Origin: Octopus vulgaris
Taxonomy: Eukaryota
NCBI GenBank assembly: GCA_951406725.2
Contig: OX597823.1
Location: 94,240,001-94,304,000, forward strand
Direction of reading: 5' to 3'
Length of the DNA stretch: 64,000 nucleotides
In this document: piece by piece, positions 43,518 to 60,155 of the stretch
How the letters are laid out: each line of letters opens with the position of its first letter
How positions within the stretch are numbered: position 1 is the first letter of the stretch
Position numbers and translations under genes: made by a program
Notes under the pieces: model-generated
The model's database searches: none
Told to the model about the DNA's origin: nothing
The model's input: only the letters and a program-made list of their open reading frames with translations

Positions 43518-44301
43518 CAACATTTCTAGAGAGTGTGCTGCCAAGGTAGGTAAACTTACGAAGGTGATGAATTTTCTGGGACATCCATACTTCGCCAAGA
43601 TTCTCCAGAGACCTTCTCTACAAACGGTATCAAAGGCCTTGGTTAGGTTGATGTAGGTGGAGTAGAGGTCGACGTTCTGCTCCCGACACTTCTCCTGCAG
43701 CTGTCTATACCATGTCGATAGTCCCACTATCTAGGACTTTGCTGACAGAAATGACATGAAGAATTTCTATGACAGCATGAAGGAAGTTTACGGCCCTACT
43801 ACTGCAAGAACACTGTCTCGCCTCCTTAGTGCTGACGGGGCAACACTGATCACCGACAAGGAAAATGTATTAGAGAGATGGTCTGAACATTTCGACAGCG
43901 TCCTGAATAGGCCTTCCACCATCAATGGTGAAGTCATCGATGGGCTACCTCAAGTCCCCGTCGAAGAGTCAATGGACGCTGAACCAACTTCGGAGGAAAT
44001 TCAGAAAGTATGCCGCTTACTGTCCAGTGGCAAAGCACCTGGTCCGGACGGTATGACCAAAACAATTCACCAGCTATTTCAGTTCATCTGGATGCACGAG
44101 ACAGTGCCTCAAGACATCAAGGGCGCCTCCATCATCCACCTCTACAAGTGAAATGGAAACCACCATGTCTGCGACAATCATCGCTGAATTTCACTGCTGT
44201 CCATCACAGGTAAGATCCTGGCTAGAGTTTTGCTCAACCGCCTCATTACACACCTAGAGCAGGGTGTCCTACCTGAGACCCAGTGTGGCTTCCAGAAAGA
44301 A
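43518..44301. mobile_element. RTE-clade LINE fragment with internal inversion
   Basis: 43733-44301(+): MKNFYDSMKEVYGP...SGKAPGPDG...ISLLSITGKILARVLLNRL...LPETQCGFQKE. 43728-43518(-): GTIDMV..RQLQEKCREQN...NLTKAFDTVCREGLW, then FTYLGSTLS. Confidence 0.9.
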
Positions 44302-44338
44302 TCCAAGGTGGGGTCGAGCAAAAGTAGAGAAAAGAGGG

Positions 44339-44377
<39 letters not shown>

Positions 44378-44399
44378 ACTCACTAAACAAATTGAAGGC

Positions 44400-44845
44400 A
44401 TGGCTGCTCTCGATTATTGGGACCGTCTTAAAGCCTTGAAACTCTACTCTCTCCAGCGCCGCCCAAGCGACCTGAACATTAGTTTCAAGGTTCATCCAAG
44501 ACTGGGACCACAGGCCATACGTTCCCTGCCCAATTCAGGATCACAGTATATAGACACACTGCAACATAATTTCTTTTCCTCAACAGGCCCTGCCCTATTT
44601 AACATTGTCCCGAAAGAGATCAAAGAGGAAAAGGATCCCATCAACTTTAAACGGAGTCTGGATAGATTTCTTCAATGAATACCGGATAAGCCACCCATAA
44701 TTGGATAAAACTCACCCAACAAAAACTCTACTTGAATGGACCATAATACCACAAAACATGACTTAAAAAGGATTTAGATAATCCTATCAGGTGGTGCTAT
44801 TAAGTTAGACATGGCCTGGACCAATCTTTGGTCGAAACATATCTA

Positions 44846-44849
<4 letters not shown>
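44400..44849 (+). mobile_element. CR1/L2-group LINE 3' fragment related to 25334-25993
   Basis: LDYWDRLKALKLYSLQRR...GPALFNIVPKEIK; shared 3' motif caggtggtgctattaagttagacatggcctgg; ends in (TA)n. Confidence 0.88.
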
Positions 44850-44886
<37 letters not shown>

Positions 44887-45210
44887 GCGATAAAGTATTG
44901 AACACTGAAACGTATTACAGCTAACTGTTCACTACAACTAGAAAAGAAATATAAAATGCCACAGATATATATATATATATATATAAGTTATGTATGATCT
45001 TTCATAAACGGATATATGTGCATAACCACGTACATATATGAATGTTAGTAAATGTATTAGAGACTTGATACAAAATTCATGATAAAAGCTCTTTTCCAAA
45101 ACTTTTCTTGTTATTTTGCTGAAATAATTAATATATTCATGCATTTACTGAAATTTGCATATGAGTGTGTATGTATGTCTATGTGCATGTCTTTTTATGT
45201 GTGTGTGTGT

Positions 45211-45241
<31 letters not shown>

Positions 45242-45289
45242 TAATAATGTGCCTGTCTGCAGTTCTCTATGTATAAACAATACACATTG

Positions 45290-46745
<1,456 letters not shown>

Positions 46746-48110
46746 ATATATCTCATGCTTTCTATTCACCAACTATCAAACAAAAACAAAAATCAAAGCA
46801 GAACAAAAACCATTCGTATTTTCCGTCTTTTTTTTTTTTTGCATATATCCTTGTTATTTCATTTGTTTATTTCTTTAATTATTTATTTATTTTCGAAAGG
46901 AAGAATATTTCCATCTCTTTTAGTTTCCATCATCTCATCTCTATCGATGTATTTGTTTGTCATCAAATATGTGATATGCAATATTGGAATCGGGAATTCA
47001 GATTTTAAGTGGAATTGCTTTTGGTATCTTTTATTTCATCCCTGTTGTTTGTTTTATACGGTTTTGTTTTTGTCCGGTGGTTGTTGCCTTTCATTATTTT
47101 GTTGAGGTTTTTTTCTCCAACTTCTATGTTTCCGTGTATATGTGCGTATTTGTGTTTATTTGAGTGCGTTTGTGTGTGGAGGTGTTTTATTTTGGTTTTT
47201 TATTAGTCTATGGAATGGAGAGGCGGAAAGGTTTTCAACAGAGTTCTTCACTCATGCCCAATGGGGACTTTTTTTTTTGCCCATATTTAGTAATTCAATA
47301 CTTTCATATAGCATTGGTTTTTATCCTGAAACAATTTATTTTGTATATATATTTATATAATAAAGCTATATATTTATACATTTAAATGGGTTTCTTTTCT
47401 GTTTTCGTTTTTGATTTGTTTGTATTTTTTTTTCACCAATGATGTTTATTCAAAATGGTGTGGAACGAAACCAACATCTGTTGTGCAATAGAATCCTTCT
47501 AGCACGGAGCCAAATTCCTCATTTGAAAAAACGTTTAAATATTTAAATGCTTACTATCAGCATCCATCTTATCAAACAAAATTATAGCCGTTTGCTCCGT
47601 TAAATCATTTTCTCCAGTATTTCTATGGTTTATACCGAAATTTGAAACACTAAATTTTCAATAAACTTAGTATTAATAGAAATAATTATCTTTGAGTTGT
47701 ACTAATGAGATATAAAGACCTGAATCCTGAATCTACAGTTAATGCAGAAAAAGACCGCGTAGAATGTATAACTTAAGCTAGATTTGAACATTTTCTGTTT
47801 TATAATTCAAGGCTATCAAAGCAGATGGAAGGAAGATCCTGTTTAAAATTTTAGCTCTGAATACTAAATTTTAAATGGGTTCGAACTTTCACCCTCTGCT
47901 TTAAATTGGGCATTAAATAATTACTTCTAACTCAACGTCTTCAACACACAAAAAGACAAGTAAATAGTTCGTTTATTTCGAGATAATTGTTCAACAGGAA
48001 GGCAGACTGACACGACACACATACGTGTGTGTGTGTGTGTGTGTATAAATTTATGCATACAGAAATATATATATATACATATGTGTTAATATCACTTTTA
48101 ATATTTACAC

Positions 48111-48141
<31 letters not shown>

Positions 48142-48294
48142 GTAAGACAACAAAATAATTAAAGAGACCTTGATATCATGTAAATAGAGGAATTTATCTG
48201 TAAATATATGTGACAATTATTCGGTAGCCATGATAAAACTCCATATTTATATATATATAATTACATATTTATATGTTAATATCTATTTTAATTA

Positions 48295-48715
48295 AGGCGG
48301 CGAGCTGGCAGAATCGTTAGCACACCAGGCTAATGAGGTCAATAAAGAAACATGTAACCAACTGAGGTAGTTACCAGCCGATGTATGTCCCTTAACAAGC
48401 AGGGCTCGTATTTTAACACTCAAATCATGCAATCTTCTTAATTGAATATAGGAAGAATAAGGACGTGTTGTAACCTTGAGCAAGACACTTTGTTTTTCGT
48501 TACTCCAGTCCACTCAACAGGCAAAAATGAGCCGCAGCTGTAATTTAAATGGCCCTACTTGTCACATTTTGTGCCCCGTTTAATTTTCATGAGAACTACG
48601 TTTAGGATATGCGTGTCCGTGGAGTACTCATCCACTTGCACGTTAATTTCACGAGCTGGCTGTTCCGTAGATCGGATCAATTGGAATGCTCGTCGTCGTA
48701 ACCGACGGAGGTCCA
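48295..48715 (+). mobile_element. SINE composite: group A head followed by a group B body and tail
   Basis: aggcggcgagctggcagaatcgttagcac head at 48295; tail ggctgttccgtagatcggatcaa...cgtcgtcgtaaccgacggag near 48660-48710. Confidence 0.6.
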
Positions 48716-48844
48716 GTGTTGGAAGGGTTTATTTTTGAAACGTTTCCTCTCGAGATCTAATCATCTTCTCTATCCTGAGTCAAAGATAGGAGGAATCGCT
48801 TCCATCCGTTTCAATAACGTTTCTCAATTTCAGTTAAAGACAAG

Positions 48845-49420
48845 CACAGGCATGATGGCTGTGTATTTAAGAAATTTACCTCCAGCCACGTGCTTTTGGT
48901 TTTGATCCTACTGCCTGGAGCCTTGTTAAACTGTTTTTTATATCCCTCGGCCGAACATGGTTTTCTGAACAGATTTGCTCAATGGAAACTGTAGAAATCC
49001 CGTCGAGCACAGATACACACATACACACATACACACATACACACATATACACATACACACATATATACACATGCACATGCATATATGTATGTACGGGCAT
49101 ATGTCTGTATGTTTGCATATATGCATGATTGAACGTGTCTATGAGTGTGTGTGTGTGTGCGTGTGTGTCTGTGTATTCGCTCACTTCGTTCACATCTTGT
49201 CTTGACGTTATGTGCAAGTTGTAAATAAGCACCACCGTCATTCAACTGGTGTCCTTTGTTTCCGATATTCTATGAAAATATATCCGGCCATGAGGAAATA
49301 TTGTTTTCCATGGATGCAAGTTAAGATTGACAACAAAAAAGGCATCTGGCCATACAAAATCTTCCTCAGTATAATCTGCCCGATCTATGTAAACATGTAT
49401 AAGTGAATTTTAAAAGATGA
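48845..49420 (+). mobile_element. Decayed SINE group C copy
   Basis: atggctgtg...cagccacgtg...cctcggccgaac...atggaaactgtagaaatcccgtcg, internal microsatellite, then body. Confidence 0.6.
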
Positions 49421-49869
49421 TCGTCATCACCATTAGTATTATCAGTATCACCATCGTTTCAACTTGTTATTGAGCTTTTCCAGCTCTATTCTCTTTCTCA
49501 ACATCTGACCTACAAAGCTTAGTAATCTAAAGCTTTATTTATTTCTCTATCATAGTGAGTAGGTATGTTGTGTGTTTCTGCTCTTAAACGTATATTCTGT
49601 TTATAACCTTTTTTTTTCAATCAACATCATCCACAATTAATAAAGGCACACTAAAGCCTTTCTGAGTCACATATCATTGAATAGACAGAATATTGTGCAG
49701 TTACAATTGAATTCTAATGGGTAGATTTGACTTATGCTTAAAGGAATATTTAATTCTATAGCTTAGAGCTTAACGTGTGGCAAAGTCTCCTATACAATTA
49801 CGGCTACCTTTAAAGCTGTCTCTATTGACAGCTTGTGATATTTCTGTTTGAGGATTAACAGAAATTCTA

Positions 49870-50640
49870 ATCGTCTATATACAATCATAAAAAACAAATC
49901 TAGGTACCAGCGTTAGAAGAATAGCATCCTATATATACTCGGACAAAAAAAAAATATTTAATTACACGTCTCTCTGTTATAATGATGTGCTGAAGAAAAT
50001 CGAATTTGAAGAGAAACCGGAATGAATACAGTAATGGAATCCATAGAACAAAAATAAAAGCGAAAAACCAAAATAATCATTTGGTTCAAACTTCCCTTTA
50101 GCATTGAAATAGTGTCTAACGCAGCTCAATATTTTCTAGCGTTTATCAAAAATCATTTCTCCAGCATCAACACATACCACAAGCTATTCAGAATAAAAAA
50201 CATGGTAACAGATAACTTTAATTTTCTTTATGGGAAACATCAGCATTCTTATAGCTGGAAGCAGAGAATTACTAACACACATGGAATTGTACCAGCCACT
50301 AGAATGCAATTGAAGCAACACAATAGCCTGCCATTTCAATTGCATGCGTCTTACAAAAGCATAAGTGTATTGAACCAAATATCATCCGAAAATAGTATTC
50401 AGGGGAATAACACAGGTCTCGCGAAAATTGTATTTCAGGGCATCATTCAAAAACGACAAATCGAATTCTTCTGAAATGGAAATAAAATAAAAGATCGCGC
50501 AGACTTTTCCAGGTTGTGTGGGTTGAAGGCGAATATAACATACACTTCAGTAAGTTTTCGAATTTGCCATTACCTTAATGATCAAAAGATACCTTGTCTG
50601 GATGAGAAATGAAATTCTCATATAAAGGTCTTCTTAGATA
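49870..50640 (+). pseudogene. Penelope-like element remnant (RT thumb/linker plus GIY-YIG region)
   Basis: YNDVLKKIEFEEK..., KRKTKIIIWFKLPFS...FLAFIKNHFS..NTYHKLF and ECN*SNTIACHFNC..L...VY match the recalled PLE linker IIWFNPPFS...FL.LI.KHF...YHKIFN...CNC..CPL..CL. Confidence 0.75.
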
Positions 50641-51053
50641 CTAGACAAATAGGATATCCCTAACAGAATCCTCACAATCTACAGGAAGGGTAGAGTTCTA
50701 CATATTACAGGAACTAGCTGACACCGAAATACCATATGAAGATGGTTACAAATTCTAGGAGGTAATCAAGAGGGAGAGGGAGAAGGGGAGAGAGGGAGAG
50801 AAAGACGGAAAGAGAGACTAGAGTCATGCCTCTTCATCTTAAGATAAATTGAATTTTGGATAAGGTAGAGATGAGATATTTCTCGATATTGAACTCGTTG
50901 GTCACATCTAGTGTTGCGGCTAAACAAAAGTTACATACAGATAGACAAAATAGATAGATAGATAGACAGAGAGAAAGAAAGAGAGAGAGAGAGAGAGAGA
51001 CAGACTGGCAGGCAGGCATATAGATGGATAGATAGATAGGCAGAGCTATATAC

Positions 51054-51113
<60 letters not shown>

Positions 51114-51584
51114 GCGGGCAGACAGACAGGCGGGCAGATTGGCAGGTAGGCGGGCAGATTGGCAGGTAGGCAGGCAGATAGACAGACAGGTTATATTGTC
51201 TTCTAGCAAGACGATCCTCTTCCTTGCAATGATAAAGATATGCGTATGAAATAATGGTGTGCGGATTCTTGGAAGTTATAATTACTCAGCGAGGGGTACT
51301 CTACTAGCTACCCATCCAGCCGAAGTTCACTGTCATGTTTGTGTTACCAATTTTGACCCTCTGCAAAATCCCAAATTTTATTTAATTTGCTTTGTGGGAG
51401 CAAATGTTTTATTGAAAGTGTATCTTGTAATTAAATGCTCAAAATATGAGAGTAGAAAAACAGCCAACAACTGATGAAGGGTCGTTCTTTATGTTGTATG
51501 TCTTGTTTTTGTTTTCCATTCGTGTCTTTCGTTGTTTGAAAAAATAGTTTATATTCCATGTACTCGTGCTTCGTATATATATAT

Positions 51585-51691
<107 letters not shown>

Positions 51692-51854
51692 AGAGTAAAC
51701 ACATAAATGTGAAACAAGGTGGAAAAAAGAGTACTCAAATACCAGTGATAGAGTAATATGCTTTATTTAAAGCAGCATAAAATTCAACAAAACCTTGAAT
51801 GAATTTTCTGCTGCTTTAAATAAAGTATATATGTATATATATATATATATATAT

Positions 51855-52395
<541 letters not shown>

Positions 52396-52499
52396 GCACA
52401 TATGTGTGTATATGTGTATATATGTATGTTTGTATGCACCGGGTTACAGGTGTACGTAAGCAAATAGAGGATTCAACGTGAACCTCTAACTGCCATTTT

Positions 52500-53110
52500 C
52501 CAACACCAAAATCAAATCTCGTAGCACTCCACAGTTAACACGGTTAATACAACTGTTTCTTCTTAACGTCAAGTCAACTCATGCCAAACATTCGCTGTTC
52601 TTATAGAGAAACATTTCTTAATTCATCGCCACTTCAGAAAACTTTTAAATACAACCTGTTTAAAATTCACCTATAGCTACGCTCTAAACATGAACAACAT
52701 CGCTACGCGTAGGCCAAGGGAATCGCCTGAAGCAAGTTGCTCGTGCAGAAATATCAACGAATTTCCGCTCAGTCAATCGTGTAATGTTGAATCCATAGTA
52801 TAAGAAGCAGAATGCACCTTTACGAAACTGAACCAATTGATAGAGTGTAAAAATACATAGGAATATTTGAAGGCAGATTCTTGCAACATTATTTCAAACA
52901 TTCTTCGTCATTCAAATATTTGGAAGGCAGAATCTCGCAATTTTATCAAGCTACAGTTAGTGACTAAAGTAACACAACACCGATTATAATATTAAATAGT
53001 ATCCTCAAATAAATTAGACCCTATATAAATAACAGAAAACGTGCAACACTTGTAAAAATCAATAAAGCCTCATATTTAAGAAAAAACTAATGCTATGGAG
53101 AACCATATCG
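52500..53110 (+). pseudogene. Second Penelope-like element remnant with GIY-YIG motif
   Basis: FAVLIEKHFLIHRHFRKLLNTTCLKFTYSYALNMNNI, SCSCRNINEFPLSQSCNVESIV*EAEC, then KYIGIFEGRF in a shifted frame. Confidence 0.75.
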
Positions 53111-54523
53111 CTAAACCTGAACTTTTTCTGAAATGCCGACAATTTGATAATTACCTACTGAAATCCTAGAAATTTACACAATCACCATATTAAACTGAGC
53201 TACAGTGAACTATCAGCCACACAACTATTTTACTTGATACATTTCTTCTTACTTTCTTTACTTTTATGTATATCAAGAATTCGTTTATCTAACCCTGCAA
53301 TCTAAACCTTAACTGTTACAGTCGGACTTTAAAACAATGCCTTACAGTCTGACTTCTAAAACAATACCTGTGAACAGAGATCCACTCTACTATTGTGATT
53401 TTATTACATATATACATTTCCATCTTCAATGTACTGCAAGCCATTTCTATCACCTAATTTACTTATATATCGATTGATTATATTATTATATTATACAGCT
53501 TTGCATTCTTTTCTCTTACCTTCCTCTTCGAACTACGTCATCCCTGCTACCGCACCATCTCCATTCCTTTCACCTTTCCCATTTCGTTCTTTTCCTTGTT
53601 TTGATTTTATTCCGAAATAATTTTCATCTATCTCATTTTTTTTTCTTTGTTTTGGTATATCAAAGTACTTGATGAACTCATATATCATTCTCATATTCGT
53701 GTTATTACTTAGAAATAACCATAGCCTGATATTTCAGTGTGCAGAAATACACACACAAACACAAACACAGACACACACACACACATTTCTTTCCTTGTTA
53801 TCTTTATGTGTGTAAGCATACGTGTAGGTGATCGTATCCGTATGCGTTTGAGCCCGAAATATATTTTCTTCGATTTTTTTTCACTTGTAGAATTAGTGCC
53901 TTTTTCTTATTTCATTTTCGTTTTTATCTCTTGGGATACCTTTTCATTTCCGAACTGCCATCTATTGTTTATCGGTATGTATGGGAGAAGTGTGTGTATG
54001 CATGTGTGTGTGTGTGTATTCTACTTCTTAAAGCCTCGACACTAGCACAGCAGTGGTGTCAGCCACGATCATCAACCACATCTCCCTACGACTACAAGTG
54101 ACAACCACAAATCCAAGCGCCTTTCGTATGAGCTAGACTTACGATTTTAAGGTCAAGTTTCTATTCTCAAATCTATCGGAAAATTGTTTTTTTAAGCAAA
54201 AGACAGTCGGGTCAGCTGAAAATGAGTACATGAAAATGGCGGTTAAGACTTCGACGGACTGGCATCTCGTTTAGCTGGTGAGTCTTCTACTCAAAGTATC
54301 ATAACAGCTCAGAACCAGTGTAATCTCAGCCCAAATAAAGTTCTGGGTTTATTTCAAACTTTTATATACACATAGATTTTATGTGTGTGTATGCGTGCGT
54401 AAATACGCAACTATACAGGGTATGCGGGGGGGGGAGAATATACATACATAGGCGCAATTATGCGAATAAACATATGTATCTTTAGATATACACATATAGC
54501 TACATGCAACAATGGATAGATAT

Positions 54524-54592
<69 letters not shown>

Positions 54593-54848
54593 AAGATAAA
54601 TAGGCAGACAGACAGACAGATAGATATCTATCTATCTATGTGTGCATCTGCAAGTATATGTACATATATATCTATGTGTGAGGTATATTGATAAATATTT
54701 ACATATACGTATATTAGTACATATTCATGCCTGTGAATATATATATGCATATATGCATTTCGTATATATACATATCTATACCTATATATACATATATACA
54801 TGTATAAAAATATGCTTATATATGCATATACATAATATATGTGCTTAC

Positions 54849-54889
<41 letters not shown>

Positions 54890-54927
54890 TTTCTATACAT
54901 ACATACATACATACATACATATACATT

Positions 54928-54975
<48 letters not shown>

Positions 54976-55254
54976 GTTCGAATGTACACACACACATATA
55001 TATATCATATTTATTTACTTCTAATGACATTTTTTCACATATTTAATTTATACCATATTGTTTTCGCTGCTGTTGTTTTTCCTAATATTATTATTGTCTC
55101 CGTCTACTTTTATTGTTGGCTGCTACTGCTCTTTCTGTTGCTGATGCCACAACTACTACTACTACTACTACTACCACCACTGTTAGTGGTGTTTGTGATC
55201 ATTTCAGTGGTTCACTTTACATTTTTAACATTTTTCCTTTTCATTTTGTGATCA

Positions 55255-56275
<1,021 letters not shown>

Positions 56276-56934
56276 TGTTTTAGCATTATCATTTTGTTTT
56301 AATATTATCGTTATTACTGTTACATTATTAATATTATTGTTATTGTTATTACTAATATCATTATTATTGTCGGTTATTTCAATTATTGTTATATTTTTGT
56401 TATATTTTATTAACGTTCTATCAAAATTGTTTCAATGAAATTTGGTGTAAAAAAAATCTAATGAGAATCATAAATATATAATTGAATTTTTTCACGATTT
56501 GTTTTTTTATTTTTGTTTGATTTTATTTATTGTCCAAACTTTAAGGGAAATAAATAAATATTTTTATCTCCGAAAACTTAATTTTTGGTTTGTATTTTCT
56601 GATGCATGAGTGATTGATTAAAATTTTACAAAATAAAAAAAAAAAAATTATAAAATTTTACATAAATATTTAAAAGAAGTAAAAATCAGATATTTGATTC
56701 TATCAGGAAAATAACTTTGTAATGGAGTTGCTAAATTTTGTACTTTGTGATTTCATGTTCAAATGCTATTTATGGTTAAGAATTTAGAATTATTTCGGTT
56801 TTCTGGGAGAATATTATATGAGGACGATAATGCTCTCCTAAGGATAATTCGGGGATATATTAATCAAACCAGCTTATATAGAAAATGACAGTTTGGCCGA
56901 AATCTCTAAGAATATGGTCATCCAGGTAATATCT

Positions 56935-57265
56935 ATAGAGTATCCATGGCTCAATGGTTAGAGAGTCGGGCTCACAATCATGAGGTAGTGAGTTCGATTC
57001 CCGGACCGGATTGTGTGCTATGTTCTTGTGCAAAACACTATTTCATGTTGTTCTAGTTCACTCAGCTGTAGAAATGAGTTGCGACGTCACTGGTGCCGAG
57101 CTGTATCGGCCCCTTTGCCTTTCCCTTCGGCAACATCGGTGGCGTGGAGAGGAGAGGCTGGTATGCATGATGACTGCTGGTCTTCCATAAATAACCTTGC
57201 CCGGACTTGTGCCTCAGAGGTGAAATTTCTTGGTGCAATCCCATGGTCAATCATAACCGAAGGGG
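56935..57265 (+). mobile_element. SINE group B variant
   Basis: tggctcaatggttagag (A box) and gagttcgattccc (B box); body as in the 28128 and 41382 copies. Confidence 0.85.
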
Positions 57266-57349
57266 TTTTTTTTACCACTCAATATGTTGACACTACGCTT
57301 CTTCGATTGATATTTCAACACAATAGCTACAAAATATATATACCCTGTC

Positions 57350-57745
57350 AACATTTAGGCTGTGAGGTAAAAAGCTTGACTCCCAACCTCATGGTTCCAG
57401 GCTCAGTCCTGCTGCATGGTACCATGGGCAAGTGTCTTCTACCTCGGACCTACCACAGCCTTTTAAGTGGAATTGGTAGACGGAAACTGAAAGAAGCCTG
57501 TCCTATGAAGATATGTGTGTGTATATGTGTGTGTATATGTGTGTGTATGTGTTTGTCCCCGCCACCGATTGACAACCAGTGTTGGTATGTTTACGTCGCT
57601 GTAAGTTAGCGTTTATGCAAAAGAGATCTATAAAATAAGTAGCAGATTTAGAAATATAAGTGCTGCGGTTGATTCATTCGACTAAGAATTCTGCAAGGCG
57701 GTGCCCCAGCATGGCCGCAAGTCTTATGACTGAAACAAAAGGAAA
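57350..57745 (+). mobile_element. SINE group C copy
   Basis: Colinear with 39003-39465; tail aaggcggtgccccagcatggccgca. Confidence 0.78.
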
Positions 57746-57861
57746 AGTACTCAGTCATTCGGTTTATTCAATCAACCAAGTCAATATCTACACATAGTAT
57801 CCATGTTGTGACAATGTTTAACGTGTCAATACGCGCACACACACACACACACACAAATATA

Positions 57862-58060
57862 TATTCTTGCACTTGTTTCAGTTATTTGACTGCAGCCATG
57901 CTGGAGCACCGCTTTTAGTCGAAGAAATCGACTCCAGGACCTATTCTTTCTAAGTCAAGAACTTATTTCATCGGTGTCTTTTCCCGAACCGCTAAGTTAC
58001 GGGAACGTAAACACACCAACATCTATTGTCAAGCGATGGTGGGAAGACAAACACAAACGC
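57862..58060 (-). mobile_element. SINE group C 3' half
   Basis: cttgtttcagttatttgactgcagccatgctggagcaccgc is the reverse complement of the group C tail. A matching 5' part lies at ~58622-58740. Confidence 0.75.
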
Positions 58061-58104
58061 ACAAAGATATACACACACACACCCATATATACATACATAT
58101 ATAC

Positions 58105-58167
<63 letters not shown>

Positions 58168-58173
<6 letters not shown>

Positions 58174-58468
58174 CGGGACCGACCAGGCTATCAGATATTG
58201 CTACACATCGCTGGTCACAATGCGCTTCGCATTGTTTTAGCCTTCAAATGACGCCACCCCGCTGGCTAAGTGAGCAGGCCAACAGAAGAAAGAGTGAGAG
58301 AAAGTTGTGGCGAAAGAGTACAGCAGGGATCGCCACCACCTCCTGTTGGGGCCTCGTGGAGCTCTAGGTGTTTTCGCTCAATAAACACTCACGACGTCCG
58401 GTCTGGGAATCGAAAACGCAATCCTACGACCGCGAGTCCGCTGCCCTAACCACAGGGCCACTGTGCCT
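58168..58468 (-). mobile_element. SINE group B copy nested in the group C internal microsatellite
   Basis: Colinear with 8355-8654. Confidence 0.85.
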
Positions 58469-58624
<156 letters not shown>

Positions 58625-58771
58625 CGGTCTCCTTTTAGTTTCTGTCTACCAAATCCACTCACACGGCTTTGGTCGGCGACACTTGCCCAAAGTGTCACGC
58701 AGTAGGACTGAATCCGTAACCATGTGGCTGGTAAGCAAGCTATATACGTATGTATATATATATATATATTC

Positions 58772-58819
<48 letters not shown>

Positions 58820-58913
58820 AATTATTATCTCTAGTCTTTTGTAGTTACTGTATCAGTTGAGTATACAAATAGATTATGCGCTTCTTTCTCGGGGATGGAT
58901 CAAACTTATGGAT

Positions 58914-58957
58914 TCATCTCTGACGAGAATTCGATAAAATTCGAAAATCGATTAATG
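58914..58957 (+). ncRNA. Minimal type-I hammerhead ribozyme motif (weak stem I)
   Basis: CUGACGA (58920-58926), stem II gaauu/aauuc, GAAA (58943-58946), palindromic stem III AAUCGAUU, cleavage triplet UUA. Confidence 0.6.
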
Positions 58958-59550
58958 TTCTTCTTTAATCTACACATAAGCTACTAAATTAACCCTATTT
59001 ATATTCGTACTATATAGGTTACAATATCTACACAAAATATTCATGTTGTGACCAGGCGATGACCATATAAACATACTGATGCTGTATTCTCAATTTCAGT
59101 TTTGATTTAGTAAAATTTAAAAAATCATTTATGCATCAGAAAAATGCAAAACAAAGATTAAAATTCCGGAGATTAAAAAATTATTTCTTTCAAAAGTTTA
59201 GCCATATGCAATATGAAAGAAAAAGAAACAGATAAAGACAAAATGTGAAAAAATTCGAAAGGATATTTATGCTTAGAGTTAGATATGTTTGCGTTAAATT
59301 TATGCACTGTATTTGAAAACACTATTTCTTCTCCGTGTCAGGTATCCATCCTATCAACATCTATTATACTCATTATATAAAACCACATATTCAACAAACA
59401 TTTAAACACTAGAAAGGTTTCTATCTAAGCAATGTGTACAACCATTTTCACCATGAAATATGCTTGAGGCGTATTCGAACATACAAGAAAGCCATGCACT
59501 GTGTTTTGTTATGAAGGAAATTTCTTGTTGTAGACAAATATGTGTATATT

Positions 59551-60151
59551 TAGCGCTGGATTAACCATTAATCATAATAATCACGTGCTCAGGGCATCAT
59601 AGGCAGTGGGAGCACCACAGAAATAGTAAATTGTTTACGGCACAAAAGAAATCACTTTAAACTTGATAAAACAATTTTCCAAGTAGTGTATATGATCGGA
59701 AATATAATTTCAACGTGTTAATGGCAGCAAAGTACGGATTTGATCAAAGACTTAACAATTAGAAAAAAATTATTATTATTATTATTATCATCATCATCAT
59801 CATCATTATTATTATTATTATTATCTTTCAGGTCACTGCCTGGAATCGAATTCGGAATCTTGGGGTTAGTAGCTCGCGCTCTTAACCACTACGTCATATA
59901 CTCGTGGGCATATGGCGTAGTGGTTAAGAGCGCAGGCTAGAAAAAAGTAAAAGAAAGCTTTTGAAATATAAAGTGGCAGCATAAAAAGATAAAATAAACA
60001 TTTCTTTCTTATCTTACTCTTTTGTTTCATTTTGAAAAACAAAAAAAATCATTTTATGACTTATTATTGTTTAAATTTTGAATTACATATATATGGTGTC
60101 ATCAAAATCTTTTAAGTGGATAAGGTCGCAATGGGTCTTAATCCGGCCCTG
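59551..60151. mobile_element. hAT-like MITE
   Basis: Termini tagcgctggattaa / ttaatccggccctg (consensus cagggccggattaa). 8-bp flanks tgtatatt / tgtatagt match 7/8. Confidence 0.55.
59829..59939. other. Head-to-head palindrome of a tRNA-like sequence
   Basis: Minus tRNA-like 59903-59829 (A box tgacgtagtgg, B-box-like gaattcgattcc), mirrored by gggcatatggcgtagtggttaagagcgcaggcta at 59906-59939, 2-nt loop. Confidence 0.75.
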
Positions 60152-60155
60152 TGTA

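Noticed and set aside
44810-44845. cctg-gacc-aatcttt-ggtc-gaaac at the LINE 3' end (variant at ~25945)
   Set aside because: Lacks ANGA of the core; better explained as the 3' stem-loop of CR1/L2-group LINEs.
46750-47600. Unique T-rich stretch as a possible host exon or UTR
   Set aside because: No convincing splice-bounded ORF or recognisable protein motif. A small exon cannot be excluded without RNA-seq.
51465-51500. ctgatgaaggg hammerhead 5' core
   Set aside because: No closing stem II or GAAA follows; incomplete.
56945-57008. tRNA-like sequences with A and B boxes (also at 4130-4200, 28395-28460 and others)
   Set aside because: They continue directly into SINE bodies and lack a proper acceptor stem; SINE heads, not tRNA genes.
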